Source: Podarcis pityusensis
Taxonomy: Eukaryota
Direction: 5' to 3' (one strand)
DNA length: 64,000 nt
NCBI GenBank assembly: GCA_964106645.2
Contig: OZ067042.1
The notes under the pieces were generated by a model, which was given only the letters and a program-made list of their open reading frames with translations, had not been told where the DNA came from and did not search any database. Shown here piece after piece: positions 13,869 to 26,917 of the stretch (the stretch's first letter is position 1; the number at the start of each line of letters is the position of its first letter). Position numbers and translations under genes: made by a program.

Positions 13869-14583
13869 ACTCCACCTCAGGGTGAGTAGTACTCGAGCCT
13901 GACCATGCTATCTTGTACCCTGAGACAGGAAGTCTCACAAGCCCTTCTATCATACTATAATTATATTACATTAAAAATTACGGTAACCATTTGCCCTTTC
14001 ATGACACCTAAAAGTAGCTGCTTGAAGCAGTTGCTTCCTTCTGCCTAATAGTAGAGATGACCTTGCTCTGCGTTTTGATCCTTGTTCCTCGTACGCCTAA
14101 GCAAACCAGATTTGTAACATAGCTTGAAAAATCATCTCTGGGCAACTGCCAGTAGGCTTTATTTGTCTCTAAGAACTCTTAAGCCATAACAATTAACAGA
14201 TAACCAGACAGTTTGTAAGTTAATGTTTTATTGCTTCTTTTACTTATTTTTCGCGTATAATTTCTGCCAGACTATCCCCATGAGAATAATTAAAAAAAAT
14301 AAAATAAAAACTGCCTTGAAGAAACAGATTTCAGAAATTGGCTGGCTGCCTATAAGTTGAGTTGCCTTCCCTTCATATAAATGAAGCAGATTTTTCTGTT
14401 AGCTGGTTTTTATCATAAGTAAGCGTGAAAGGATGAGAGTCAAAGAACTTCAGTTTAACTTTTTATTTTATGTATACACACACACACACACACACACACT
14501 GACTCTGGTTCAACTGGAAGGAAAACCACTGAGCTGCATTTTAATATGAGGCTGTGTATTATTATTTGTACTTATTAAAAATA

Positions 14584-15050
14584 CCGTATTTTTCACTCTA
14601 TAGGACGCACCGGACCATAGGAGGGGGAGAACAGGAAAAAAAATAATTCTCCCCCTCTCTGCTCAGCGCCCCTTCAGCGAAGTGGCAGGAGAAACTGAGC
14701 CCCTTCGCTGAAGGGGCGCTGCGCAGAGAGGGGAAACTGTGCAGCGCCTCTCCAGCGAAGCGAAGCTTGGAGAGCAAGAGGGATCGGTGTGCACCGACCC
14801 CTCTCGCTCTCCAGGCTTCAGGCGGCTATCAGCAAGCCTTCGAAGCACAGCGGGAACTCCTGCTGCGCTCCAAAGGCTTGCGGATAGCTGCGCTCCAGGG
14901 GCTTCAGGCGGCTTCAGCAAAAGCAACGCGAAGCCTCCACGTTGCTATCGGTGAAGCCAAGGAGCCTGCATTCGCTCCATAAGACGCACACACATTTCCC
15001 CTTAATTTCTGGAGGGGGGAAATGTGTGTCTTATAGAGCGGAAAATACAG
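14584..15050. mobile_element. Tc1/mariner (Tc2-like) non-autonomous DNA transposon with a CpG-rich interior
   Basis: TA|CCGTATTTTTCACTCTATAGGACGCAC...GTGTGTCTTATAGAGCGGAAAATACAG|TA. Confidence 0.85.
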
Positions 15051-15865
15051 TAATAATGTAAAAGCAGAACTGCTGGATCAAAGTAAAGGCCCATCTAGTC
15101 CAGCATTCTGTTCTCACAGAGCTCAACCAAATGCTCACAGAAAGTCCACAAGCAGTGTGTGACCCTAATAGCAATTTCAATTGCGTTTCCTAGCACACTG
15201 CCTCCAATATTGAAGGGAGCAGACAGACATTATGACTAACCTTATCTTCCACAAAACTCTCTAGTTGCCTTTTAAAACCATCCATCCTGGGGTAGCAAAT
15301 TTCATACCTTAACTATGCACTGTATGACATAGTACTTGCTGAATCTTCCAAAATTAGGCTTCGTTGGACGGATGTGGGTTCAAGTATTATGAGACAAGGA
15401 GGAAAACGTCTCTCTGCCTTCTTTCTCCATCCCTTGCTAGGAGTGGCTGTGGGTTCTCCCCAGCACCGGTGGTGAAGTTGACGCTATTACTTATCAATTT
15501 ATATACCACTTTATGCCAAAATAGGCTTCTAAGCAGTTTACAAGTATAAAAACCAGTTACACCAACTTGAAAATACAAGCGCCCATAATTAATATGCACA
15601 AGGAAACAACCCCATTTAAACAATAGGAGGCTCAGGTTGAGAGATCAAAGGAATGCTAAAAATATTTTTGTTTCAGACAAGCCTACCTGGAAATGTTGAA
15701 TGTGTATTTTAAATTGTTGTTTTTAACTGCTTTTACTGATAATTCTGTGGTTTTATTCTCCTTATAGACTGCTTTGAGGTTTTCTTTACAATCAAGCAGT
15801 GTATAAATTTTATGAAATAATAAATAATTTCCAGTACAGCAAATTGGGGCAGGAGGTTGTAGGGA

Positions 15866-15993
15866 ACAGGAAGCCCATCAGAAGTTCGGCTTCCGAAAAA
15901 CGTTCGCAAACCAGAACACTCACTTCCGGGTTTGCGGTGTTTGGGAACCGATTTGTTTGGGAGCCAAGCGGTTCGAGTACCAAGGTACCACTG
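15866..15993. mobile_element. Truncated Tigger-like MITE (one end only)
   Basis: Ends CAAGGTACCACTG|TA; similar to 31084-31311 and 53407-53644. Confidence 0.75.
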
Positions 15994-16765
15994 TACCTTT
16001 GTTCCTTTTATGCTTAACCCAGGCTGCAGATTGCAAGCGATGAATCTTGAACCTCTCATCAAATAAATAAATACATCCCCAACTACAAATCCATTCATTC
16101 AACATAAACAAAATAAAGGGGTGGAGCAAAACCTCACAGAATAATTCTCTTTATTAATTGACAATTTACAACTTAAAGGAGGCTCGCCTACCTTATCTTT
16201 ATGCACCAGGGTTTTTTTGTTGCTGTTTTTTAAATCTTTTCCACCAGGCTTTCCTTTTATCAGTGGGTGGGATGTTTTAGTCCTGCCTTTTTAAAAAATA
16301 CGAACATATTTTACATGTTATTAGTTTTATGCCGGTTTTTAATGTATATGTTATTTTTTTATTTGTTGCCGTAAGCCACTTTGAGCTACTTTTGCTTTTG
16401 TTTTTTTTAAGTGACTAATGACTTCAATTACTAATAATGAATCAGAATAATGACATCAGTGTTCGTGCTCATAATGGAAAGTTTTTGACATCAGGGCATT
16501 TTAAGCTTAGAAAAGGACGCAAGATACTTTCGCAAGATGGCCTCCGTGACCTTGTGTGGGTCACGTGACTCGTGTGGTAACATGAAGAGGAAGATGTGCA
16601 TCCCGGTTTGGGGAATTAAGGTGTTGGAGGGCATGCCATACCATAGTTGCCACTGCTGAATAGCTAGACCACACAATATTCTGGTAAAGTCTATGTACAA
16701 ATTCTAAAAAATGCAGCTGTACTGGTCTGTTGTAAGAAAAAGGGGAATGAGTAGTTAACAACATC

Positions 16766-17713
16766 TGTTCCACTGGCCTGCAAGGCCGAGGGGATCAAAA
16801 CACTCTGAGGGGGCATCAGGAGATGGAAGCACATCTTTGTCAGAGGCTCAGCAGTTGAGGAGGACTGGCAGAGACTGCCTCCCCAGGAGCCTTTCAGAGA
16901 GGAGGAAGGGGCAGAGAGTATAGACCTACAAGCATGGTTTGAGACAGGGCAGGTAAGGTAAAGACCCCTGGATTGTTAAGTCCAGTCAAAGGCAACTATG
17001 GGGTTGTGGCACTCATCTCGCTTTCAGGACAAGGGAGCTGGCGTTTGTCCACAGACAGCTTTCCGGGTCATGTGGCCAGCATGACTAAACTGCTTCTGGC
17101 ACAACAGAACACTGCGATGGAAACCAGAGCACACGGAAACGCCCTTTACCTTCCCACCACAGTGGTATCTATTTATCTACTTGCACTGGTGTGCTTTCGA
17201 ACTGCGAGGTTGGCAGGAGCTGGGACAGAGCGACGGGAGCTCACCCTGTCATGGGTATTCAAACTGCCGACCTCCTGATCGGCAAGTCCAAAAGGTTCAG
17301 TGGTTTAGACCACAGCGCCACCCGCATCCCATGAGACAGGGCACATGCTACAAGAAGATAGGAGTTGGAAAATAATGGGTGGCAGAGAGTAGGAACAAGG
17401 TGGCATTGGACAGAGACAGCCTGTGCAGCAGCTAAATGACCGGCTGTCTCTGGAGAGTCTACCAGAGCCCCCACCTTCTCCAAAACCTGACGTTCGATGT
17501 GAATAGCTGAACAGAGAGCCCAAAGGAAGTTTGCCCTTAGCAGCCACCATAAGCAGCAGGAGGAGTCTCATTGATAGGGAAGTAACATTGGTTCTGAGTA
17601 GGTGCATTTCTTGGGCCTCTTTGAGTTCCTGAAAGAACTGAAAAGCTTGCTTTTTCTCTGCCTCTCTGATTTCCTGGGCAATTAGCCAGGAGCCATTGAC
17701 AAGCACACTGACA
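16766..17713 (+). mobile_element. Probable degraded solo LTR interrupted by a Sauria SINE
   Basis: TG...TGACA ends and purine-rich body resembling 39890-40472; no clear TSD. Confidence 0.4.
16952..17330 (-). mobile_element. Sauria SINE
   Basis: Full body; 12-bp TSD TGAGACAGGGCA at 16940-16951 and 17332-17343. Confidence 0.92.
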
Positions 17714-18436
17714 ATCCTTCACATTTTGATCAGGGATTGGTAATTCTGAAAAACCCGGGCCAAATCTGTCACTTCTCCAGCCTTCTCTCGCTCATCTCTT
17801 GGTAGACCGTGCCCACCTAGGCTGGTGGGGCAGAGGACTGGTAGAGAGGCCAGCAGTAGATGGTGCCAGAGTCAACGACAGGCAGAGGCAACTCATGCTA
17901 CTTTTGCCCCCATTCTCCTCTCTGCTGGGTTCCACAAATGGCAGCACTGAGACTGAAGCAGGAGAAAGCCAACAGCTAGTGGGCTGGATGTAAGTAAGAT
18001 GGCGGGCGGTGGGAGGCCTAGCTGAGCTTGGTGGGGCAGTGTCCCATTTGCTGTGATGGACCAGCCTCACAGCTCCCATCCACAGGAAGCAAAGACTGGC
18101 CTGCTTGAAGGCACATTGAAGGGTCTGAATGGACTGGTCCCACCTTGGCCAATGTGGATAGGTTTTCTGGCAAAACTAGTTGGTGATTGAAGGCCTGCCT
18201 CAAGCAACTCATTTGGGAAGTTCATATCTGTTGCAATTCATCCCCTTCCTCCAACCAGTGCAGGTTAAGGGCTCAGGATGTGAGCAATGAATTGTGTTAC
18301 GTTTGTACAAAGCCCAGGGTTGTGTTGACATGGTTGCTGGAGCTGACTTCCATAATGCCCTCTGCACTGGTATCCCTCAGGAAACTCTCTTCCCTATCTT
18401 TACCCAAGCCCTTTCCCAACCTTTCATTTCCTCTTA

Positions 18437-18775
18437 AAGGTAAAGGTAAAGGGAACCCTGACCATTAGGTCCAGTTGTGACCGACTCTGGGGTTGCGGCA
18501 CTCATCTCGCTTTATTGGCCGAGGGAGCCAGCGTACCGCTTCTGGGTCATGTGGCCAGCATGACTAAGCCGCTTCTGGCGAACCAGAGCAGCGCATGGAA
18601 ACGCCGTTTACCTTCCCGCCGGAGCGGTACCTATTTATCTACTTGCACTTTGATGTGCTTTCGAACTGCTAGGTTGGCAGGAGCAGGGACCGAGCAACGG
18701 GAGCTCACCCCGTCGCGGTGACTGATCGGCAAGTCCTAGGCTCTGTGGTTTAACCCACAGCACCACCCATGTCCC
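18437..18775 (-). mobile_element. Sauria SINE with a small deletion over the B box
   Basis: (AAAGGT)n tail; imperfect 15-bp TSD tttcatttcctctta / tttcatgccctctta. Confidence 0.9.
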
Positions 18776-18792
18776 TTTCATGCCCTCTTACC

Positions 18793-18915
18793 CAGTGCTA
18801 TTTTTCTAGAAAAAGAGGTGCCGGAACTCCCTTGTTCTCTTATAATGGCAATGGCGACCACCTGACATGTGCCAGAACTGAGTTGCAGCGAGTTCAGGCT
18901 GAAAAAAAAGTCCTG
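18793..18915. mobile_element. hAT-type MITE
   Basis: CAG...CTG ends; perfect 8-bp TSD CTCTTACC (18785-18792, 18916-18923). Confidence 0.88.
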
Positions 18916-21273
18916 CTCTTACCCTTGATTTATGCAGCCCATAGAGTTCCACAGTAGAGCTAAACAGTTATTTTTCCACCTCAAAACATGGCATTATTCA
19001 TTGTCTCTCTAGCATTCTTTATTTTATTTTTGAAATGGCTGAATTCCGTTAAAGTTGCAGATGAAACTGCTGTCACTCCATCAGCAGATCTGTTTATTTT
19101 TAAAAATGCTTTACAAACAACAACAGGGAGCTGACCTCATACCCATCACCTGGTGGTAAACAGTATCATGGTACAACAAATTTCTCCTAAGATGACCTTT
19201 CAAAATAATATATTATCTGGTTATGTTCACTCATGAGATGAAGCAGTTATCTTAATTCAATAGCCTCAGCATAGTGCCACAAAATGATTTATTTTAGCCA
19301 CTTAATGAGTCGAATAATAGATTGAAAAGTAAGACAGCTAATCAATGAAAACTCAGAAGCAGGTTGAGGGTTCTCAGTAAACCCTGTGTTCCACATCAGG
19401 GGGTCTGATGTGGGCATGTAGTTTCATAGGCATAAGGAATGCCGCAATTATTTCAGTACAATTACATGCGGAGAGCATTTATTGGCCCTGAAGTGAGCAA
19501 TATAGCCACCATTTGCTCTTCCAAATTCCCACATGTGCACTGGAGCTGATGGTTTAGCACATTGATGTGCAATCCAGAGCTTGATGGGTGTGCAGGTCAC
19601 CCATGGATGGTAACAGGAGGGAGAGATTGATGTATACTTTTTCTTCCCATCTACGACAGCAAATCTCCACAGGGCATTCATAGCCTGTATACATAAATAT
19701 AAAGGATTGCAATTATCATAGACAAGTGGGGACTGCGAGAAAATGTTCCCATGCGGAAAGCTACTGTCTGGGATTCCAGGCAGGATCTTTTCCCACGGTA
19801 CCCTAATTTCCTGTATCCTCCGCACCCCACCGGCACACAGAGTTGCTTGGTTAGTCCACTGTGGATTGTTTTTGAGGCTCTCAACCCCAGTCCCACCCCT
19901 TTAAAAACAAAACCCCAATGGTCCTCTTGCAGCTCTTTAGGTCTTCCCAAGCCTACTGGCTTGTGTGAGGGTGGTGCCATTGTCCCTCAATAAGGATCCA
20001 TACTCAAAGAATGAGTTGGGCATTTGGCTCTAGCAAGCTTTGCCAACCTGGTGCCTTCCAGATTTATGGTCCGTGGCCCCGTATGTCTGTGATTGTTGTT
20101 GAAGGACTGGAGTGTCCTAGTCAAGCAGTGCTTGAAAACCCTGAAAGGGGGTTTCTGAGATCTGCTGAGCTGCGTTCACACTGTACATTTAAAGCGCATT
20201 GCTTCCTCCAAAGAAGGAGTTTGCCCCTTGCAGTACTAAAATTCCCAGCATCCTTAACAAGCTACAGTGCCCAGCATACTTTTGGGGAAGCCATGTGCCT
20301 TAAATGTAAGGCGTGTATGCCGTCTTCAACATATGGATTGCATCCCCAACTCTTTGCTTGGTTATGCTGCTAGGAGTCCCTGGTTTGCTCTCCACCCAGC
20401 AGTTAGTCAGGTTTGACCCTACTTTATATCCACTGGTGTTTTGCTGCCCTTTAGCTCATCTCAAATGTCCTCAAAGTCCAAATTGGAAGCTTGCTTTTGG
20501 TTTACTTAGGCAATTGTACAGCTAAATTGGATGAAGGGAAAGCCACAAGCACATCTCTGCCCCCATGGTCACATCCACACCATACAGGATGCTGAGAGTT
20601 GTTGGAAAACATAACAGAATTACAACTCCCAGCACCCTTTAAAAACTATAGTTCCCATTGTCTTTTCTTCTTCTTTTTACAGGGGGAGCTATAACTGTTG
20701 AAATGGCATAAAGTGTTTTAAATGTATGGTGTTGATGCGACTCTTCTTTTGCATTTCTAGCCTGAGTTGGAGGACTTCCTGAAGTTTCTCTCTTAATCTA
20801 GAGCAGCGTTCCCCAAGTTGGTGCCTTGCAGATGTTGCTGTTGGACAAACAACTCTAACCTGGTGCCCCCCATTGGCCATATTAGCTGAGGCTGATGGGA
20901 GTTGTGGTCCAACAACATCTGGTGGAGGAAGGTCAATTCAGACGCAAGGGCATGTTACAACACTGACTAATTACCAGGTGGAAAATAACAAATACAAAAA
21001 ATGTATCTGCCAGCTATTGAAGTGCCACACAAAATCTGGGTTAATTTGATCATAGTGTAAAACATTTCTTTCGAATTCTGAATATAATGCTGAAATCTAA
21101 AGTTGAGTGTCGTAGGTATTGCTTAATGGTGTCTCTCTTTTTATTTGCTGCCTCACACCCAATTGCTATATCCATTTTGTTTTGTGCTTTCGAAAGACTT
21201 ATTATGCATAGTTCAGCCATTCGAGAGACTCACACACAAACACACACATCCACTTTTGCTTTTCTGTCACTAG

Positions 21274-21385
21274 CTGGTGAATGAGCAACAAGAAAGCAGA
21301 CCCCTCCTGAGCCCCTCCATCGATGACTTTCTTTGCGAAACCAAATCAGAAGCCATTGCAAGGCCTGTGACGTCCAATACAGCAG
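21274..21385 (+). CDS. PEX5L: PEX5L exon 5: LVNEQQESRPLLSPSIDDFLCETKSEAIARPVTSNTA, with the ESRPLL dileucine motif
   Basis: polypyrimidine tract, cactag|CTG...GCAG|gtaact; 112 nt, phase 0-1. Confidence 0.96.
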
Positions 21386-22757
21386 GTAACTGAAAGTTCT
21401 ACTACTGTTGGTCATGTTCAAAGCAATTCTTGGATGTTGTCTGGCATTTAGCTGTTCCCCTACTCCACCACTCTTCAAAAGCTCATGAAGTGGAGAGTTA
21501 TGAGTGCCCAGCATAATCCTGATACAAAGGGGTGCAAACACACCCACACACCCACACACCCACAAAACTGAAGGCTTAATTCAAGGAAGGGCAAACTGGT
21601 GGTGTTAGCAGAGGCACTTTCAGGCAGAGTCCAGAATGCAAAAGAAACAGATAATATTTTGCTGGGTAAAAGGAAGAAAAGCTGTAGATAATATGAAGCA
21701 AAATAAACAGAGAGGTTTTGCTTTTCTTAATTCAGGCCTTGTTCACAGCAGGAAGACTTACAACAACACACACAGGAGAAAACTCCCTCAGAACTACACA
21801 GCCAATCAGAGTGTGTGGTACCTCAGCAAGCATCATGCCATTCTGACTGGTTCCTAGGAAACATCTCCACTGTCACCACCTCTCTTGGTTAGCTGCCTGT
21901 CAACAAAATTAACCCTTAGTTTACTAAGTGAATGATCCCTGCTGTTAGGCGTCCTACAGTTGTCAGACTCTCGCCAGCACCAATCAGTATGGCCAGTCAT
22001 TATGCATTACAACAGTTGTAGTCCAACAGCAATTGAAAGGCCATAAGTTCCCTATCTTGGCCTAATTGCTGGTCAAACTGCCCTTGAAGAGGAAAAAGTG
22101 AGGCCCATTTACATCTATCTTTTGACCTACTTTCATATTTTTAGCCTTTCATCTGACTCCCATCCTTCGCCATAGTCCTCTGTTCTCTGTGTCCTCGTGC
22201 GTTTGATCTTGACTTAATCTTCCGCTTCCTTGTCCAAATATATCTGCTGTTGCATCATCTTCTTCTGCTAACTTCCTGGTGCCCATTGCTTCTTCTCTCT
22301 CTCGAAAGCCATTTATCAGCTACCTTCTCTCCCTCCATGAAGGAATAAAAACTGTTTTCAAACAGAAATTTTACCTAAGAGGGTTGAGGGGCAAGTCATC
22401 ACTTCTAAAACATCTATAAGTCTCCATCAGAAGACTGCTTTGTGCCGCTGAGTGCATCTCCCCTAAGAGCTTTTATTGGCTGCTACTGGAGACAATATTC
22501 TGGGCTGGATGCTTTATTTGTCTGACCTAGGAAGGCAGTTCTTATGCTAAGTAAAAAGAAGAAGAAGAAGAATTCACTGCTGCTTTCAAGAATTCAAAAT
22601 AGGCACCGAGGAAGGGCAGGATTTGAGCAGCACAACCTTGAGGGCTGCAGAGTCAGAACATTGACAAAGGGTCACTTGGCATACAAGGTGTCAGGGCCAG
22701 ACTAGAAAAAGATGAGCTAATGTTTAGGCCAGGAAATTCACTTCCGGAAGAGGAAAT

Positions 22758-23098
22758 GCCCATAGCTCTGTGATAAAACATATATGTTGCATGCAGAAGG
22801 ACCGAGGTTCAGCCCCCGGCATCTTCAGGTAGGTGTGGAAGAGTCTCCTGTCTGAAACCTTGGAGAAGGGCTACCATCCAACAGGGGCAATATCCAGCTA
22901 GATCAGCCTTTTTCAACCTGTGGGGCCCCAGATGTTGTTGAACTACAACTCCCATCATCCCTAGCTAGCAGAGCTAGCCAGAGCTCAGGGATGATGGGAG
23001 TTGTAGTCCAACAAAATCTGGGGACCCACAGGTTGAGAACCACTGAGCTAGATGGACCAATGGTGTGGTTTAGTATATGGCAGCTTGCTTTGTTCTTA
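22758..23098 (+). mobile_element. Old tRNA-headed SINE with a CR1-like tail, interrupted by a hAT MITE
   Basis: Degenerate A/B boxes, GGCAGCTT...GTTCTTA tail; antisense relative near 26570-26760. Confidence 0.6.
22904..23045. mobile_element. Palindromic hAT MITE (GATGGGAGTTGTAGTCC family; many degraded relatives in the window)
   Basis: Perfect 8-bp TSD AGCTAGAT (22896-22903, 23046-23053); internal inverted symmetry. Confidence 0.9.
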
Positions 23099-23299
23099 AT
23101 ACGGACCTCAGTAAACCTTTCCATTGCTGTATATCTCTGTCTGGGAGAAACAGGAGGCTGCATTATTATGAGTCAGGCAAAGAACCAAGTGTTGTCTGCT
23201 CTGACTAGCAGTGTCCATCCAAGGTCTCTGGACCTTCATGTCACTTACTACCCTGGCATTTTAACAGGTGTTGCCAAGGATTGAATCTGGTTTATCACT

Positions 23300-23461
23300 N
23301 NNNNNNNNNNNNNNNNNNNNNNNNNNNNNNNNNNNNNNNNNNNNNNNNNNNNNNNNNNNNNNNNNNNNNNNNNNNNNNNNNNNNNNNNNNNNNNNNNNNN
23401 NNNNNNNNNNNNNNNNNNNNNNNNNNNNNNNNNNNNNNNNNNNNNNNNNNNNNNNNNNNNN
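23300..23461. other. Assembly gap (162 N)
   Basis: Run of n. Confidence 1.
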
Positions 23462-24753
23462 AGTGGTTAGTGTGTTGGACTAGGACCTGTGAGACCAGCC
23501 TTCAAATCCCCACTGAGCCATGAAGCTCACGGGGCGACCTTGGGCCAGTCACAGTCTACCCTACCTCACAGGGTTGTTGTAGGGATTGCCTGAGGAAGGG
23601 TTGGACCATGTAAACCAACTTGAGCTCCTTGGAGAAGAGACATGCAGTGAATAGATAATATTTATACTCTGCACTTTTGTAAAGCTGATCAAGGCAGCTC
23701 ACAACACACAAAACATAATAAAGCCAGCCCATAAATAGCCATAAAACATAATAAACCAATAAAACAGGTATCAGTTGGTTAATAAGAGAAAGGCATATTG
23801 TGAAGGTCTGTCTGAACAGTACAATTTGAAGGGAGACAGTTCCTGCTAAACCTCTAGTGGCAAAGTGTTCCACAGGCCAGGCCTGCCATATTAAAGGCTT
23901 GACCCCCAAATCTGTATAATTGGGGATATTGTTGCTTTAATGTTAAATTTGATGGTTGCATGTGTCTGTAATTCACCCAGAGATTTGCACAAAGTTGGGG
24001 TAACCCTAATTAATCTTCTCATGTCTATCACTGGGAAAAGAGATATTTGCATTTTTGATATATAGCCAATACCCAAACGACCACAAAACTCTGGTACACC
24101 ACAGATCCAGCCAGCCCAGCATCTATCTATATTTTTGCAAAAAGGAAGGAGATGCCATGAAACATTCAGACGTCTTCCATCCTCTGTCAGTCACTCCCCG
24201 TTTTTCTACCAGTCCCAGAGGTTGGGGGACATCCTGTATACGACCTCTATATCCTCTTTTCTGCTTAATAACTGTTGATGCCTTTCATGAGCTTGTCGAA
24301 ATCCTCTTACGAACCATGTATATGCCAACTTAGCTAAGCCACACTGACACAGATGTTCAAACACGTTAAAGTCGAGCGAGTTGGGAGGGGAGGGAATAAA
24401 CTCACAGCATCAGCAAAACGGGTAGGGGAAACAGCTTCAGAATGTCACCTAAAAGAATCCCACGCAGCTTCATTTTTTCTGAATGACACTGGGGCCAAGC
24501 AAATGGGGTTTTGCCCAACAGTAGTATACTCACCCCCCAAAAAAGAATCCTAGTTTGTTGAGGGTGCTGGGAATTGTAGATGTCGGGAGGGTGGCTCTAC
24601 GTTACTGGACTTGCTTACTTAGTGATGCTTGCTTAGAAACACAGCTGTTTAAAAACAAGTTCCATTGGGGATTGCATACCAGTCGTTTTGTTTAGCATTT
24701 CAGTGAAGGGCTTCAATTCTACTCTAGTTATTTACAGGCGTGAGGGTGCATAT

Positions 24754-24759
24754 AATAAT

Positions 24760-24808
<49 letters not shown>
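24754..24808. repeat. (AAT)(AAC)n microsatellite at the 3' end of the adjacent L2
   Basis: Direct reading. Confidence 0.9.
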
Positions 24809-25820
24809 GGGTTGCCTTCAGATGTCTTTTACAGATAGGATAGCTGCTTATTTCCTTCACATCTGAAGGGAGGGTGTTCCACAGGGTGGGTGCCACCACT
24901 GAGAAGGCCCTTTGTCTGGTTCCCTGCAACCTCACTTCTCACAATGAGGGAACCGCCAGAAGGCCCTCAGTGCTGGATCTCAGTGTCCGGGCTGAACGAT
25001 GGGGGTAGAGACGCTCCTTCAGGTATACAGGACCGAGGCTGTTTATGGCTTTAAAGGTCAGCACCAACACTTTGAATTGTGCTCGGAAACGTACTGGGAG
25101 CCAATGCAGATCTCTCAGGAACGGTGTTATGTGGTCCCGGTGGCCAGTCCTAGTCACCAGTCTAGCTGCCGCATTCTGGATTAATTGCAGTTTCCGGGTC
25201 ACCTTCAAAGGTAGCCCCACGTAGAGCACATTGCAGTAGTCCAAGCGGGAGATAACTAGAGCATGCACCACTCTGGCGAGACAGTCCGCAGGCAGGGAGG
25301 GTCTCAGCCTGCGTACCAGGTGGAGCTGGTAGACAGCCGCCCTGGACACAGAATTAACTTGCGCCTCCATGGACAGCTGTGAGTCCAAAATGACTCCCAG
25401 GCTGCGCACCTGGTCCTTCAGGGGCACAGTTACCCCATTCAGGACCAGGGAATCCCTCACACCCACCCGTCCCCTGTCCCCCAAAAACAGTACTTCTGTC
25501 TTGTCAGGATTCAACCTCAATCTGTTAGCCGCCATCCATCCTCCAACTGCCTCCAGGCACTCACACAGGACCTTCACCGCCTTCGCTGGTTCTGATATAA
25601 AGGAGAGGTAGAGCTGGGTGTCATCTGCATACTGATGAACACCCAGCCCAAACCCCCTGATGATCTCTCCCAGCGGCTTCATATAGATATTAAAAAGCAT
25701 GGGGGAGAGGACGGAACCCTGAGGCACCCCACAAGTGAGAGCCCAGGGGTCTGAACACTCATCCCCCAACACCACTTTCTGGACACGGCCCAGGAGAAAG
25801 GAGCAGAACCACTGTATAAC
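24809..25820 (-). mobile_element. 5'-truncated L2-clade LINE, reverse-transcriptase C-terminal half
   Basis: ORF 24939..25775 has GVPQGSVLSP, YADD and LHWLPV motifs; one in-frame TGA; most of the 3' UTR is missing. Confidence 0.93.
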
Positions 25821-26043
25821 ATATCACCCTCTATTTCACAAGATGCATCCATTTGGTTGCCTGGGACCTAGGGCTCATCCACCTTTCTGTTTGTCTTGAA
25901 CCTAGGAAGCATGGGTCTGAGTGATTTCTCGCTCGACTTGTGCTTTCTAGGCGCGAGTCCCAGCAGTTCTCCATTTGCCTCGCCACACCGGAAAACCCGC
26001 TTTTTAGAGCTAAATCAGAACACACAGCAATCCATGGAAAACC

Positions 26044-26300
26044 CAATTAGTGGGGTAGGAGAGCTGTGGGGGAGGGGAATTACATCTGACAACCAATGTA
26101 CCCCTTTGGTTTTAGATAGTACATGGGTATGAGTCTAAAAAGCCCAGCGCACAATTTTTCATACGCTTCCAGAGTTATTAAAAAATTGGCTTTATAGACT
26201 CATCTACCCATGTACTATCTGAAACCAAAGGGGCTCATCGGTTGCCAGATGTGAAATATATTGTCTTTTTTTTTTTAAGTTCTCCTACCCCACTTAATTG
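26044..26300. repeat. Long two-part inverted repeat (MITE-like hairpin)
   Basis: Outer arms of about 22 bp and inner arms of about 65 bp are reverse complements. Confidence 0.85.
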
Positions 26301-26830
26301 CTGCTTGTTCCAATTTAGCACTAAAGATCGGGTTCCCCCAGAGGAAAGCAGTGGGGCAAACAGAGGTGATGAATATCTTCATCCACATTGGTTACATGTG
26401 GTCAGATCCTCCTTACTGGACCAGGGTACTGGTGTTCACAAAATAGGCATCGCATTTGTGAAAGTGCACAATCTGCACAGCAAACAAAACGAAAATACTC
26501 TGGTGTCGAGCATGCCTTCGAATGACAAACAGAATTTGGTATCTCCTTAAAACTGAGGCCACAGAGGTTACATAGGAATACAGGAAGCTGCCAGGGTCAG
26601 AGCTCTGCTTCATCTAGCTCAGTATTGTCTATTAGCAGTGCCTCTTCAGATCTCAGGCAGTGCCAGTGGAGTCACTCAGCCCTGCCTGGAGATGCCAAGA
26701 ACTAAGCCTCTGCTCTTCTGTATGCAGATCGGATGCTCTACTGCTATGGTGCTATGGTTCGACCCAATGGGAAAGGTTAGCCAAAGTTAAGCCTTCATAG
26801 GTCTCACTGATTCCAATAGCCTGCTTATAC

Positions 26831-26879
26831 CAGGCATGTCCAAAGTCTGTTTCAGAGGCCTAATCCGGCCCACCAGTTG

Positions 26880-26917
<38 letters not shown>

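Noticed and set aside
24939-25775. 278-aa reverse transcriptase as a host gene or retron-like system
   Set aside because: It is a 5'-truncated L2 LINE with no endonuclease, no real start codon and a premature stop.
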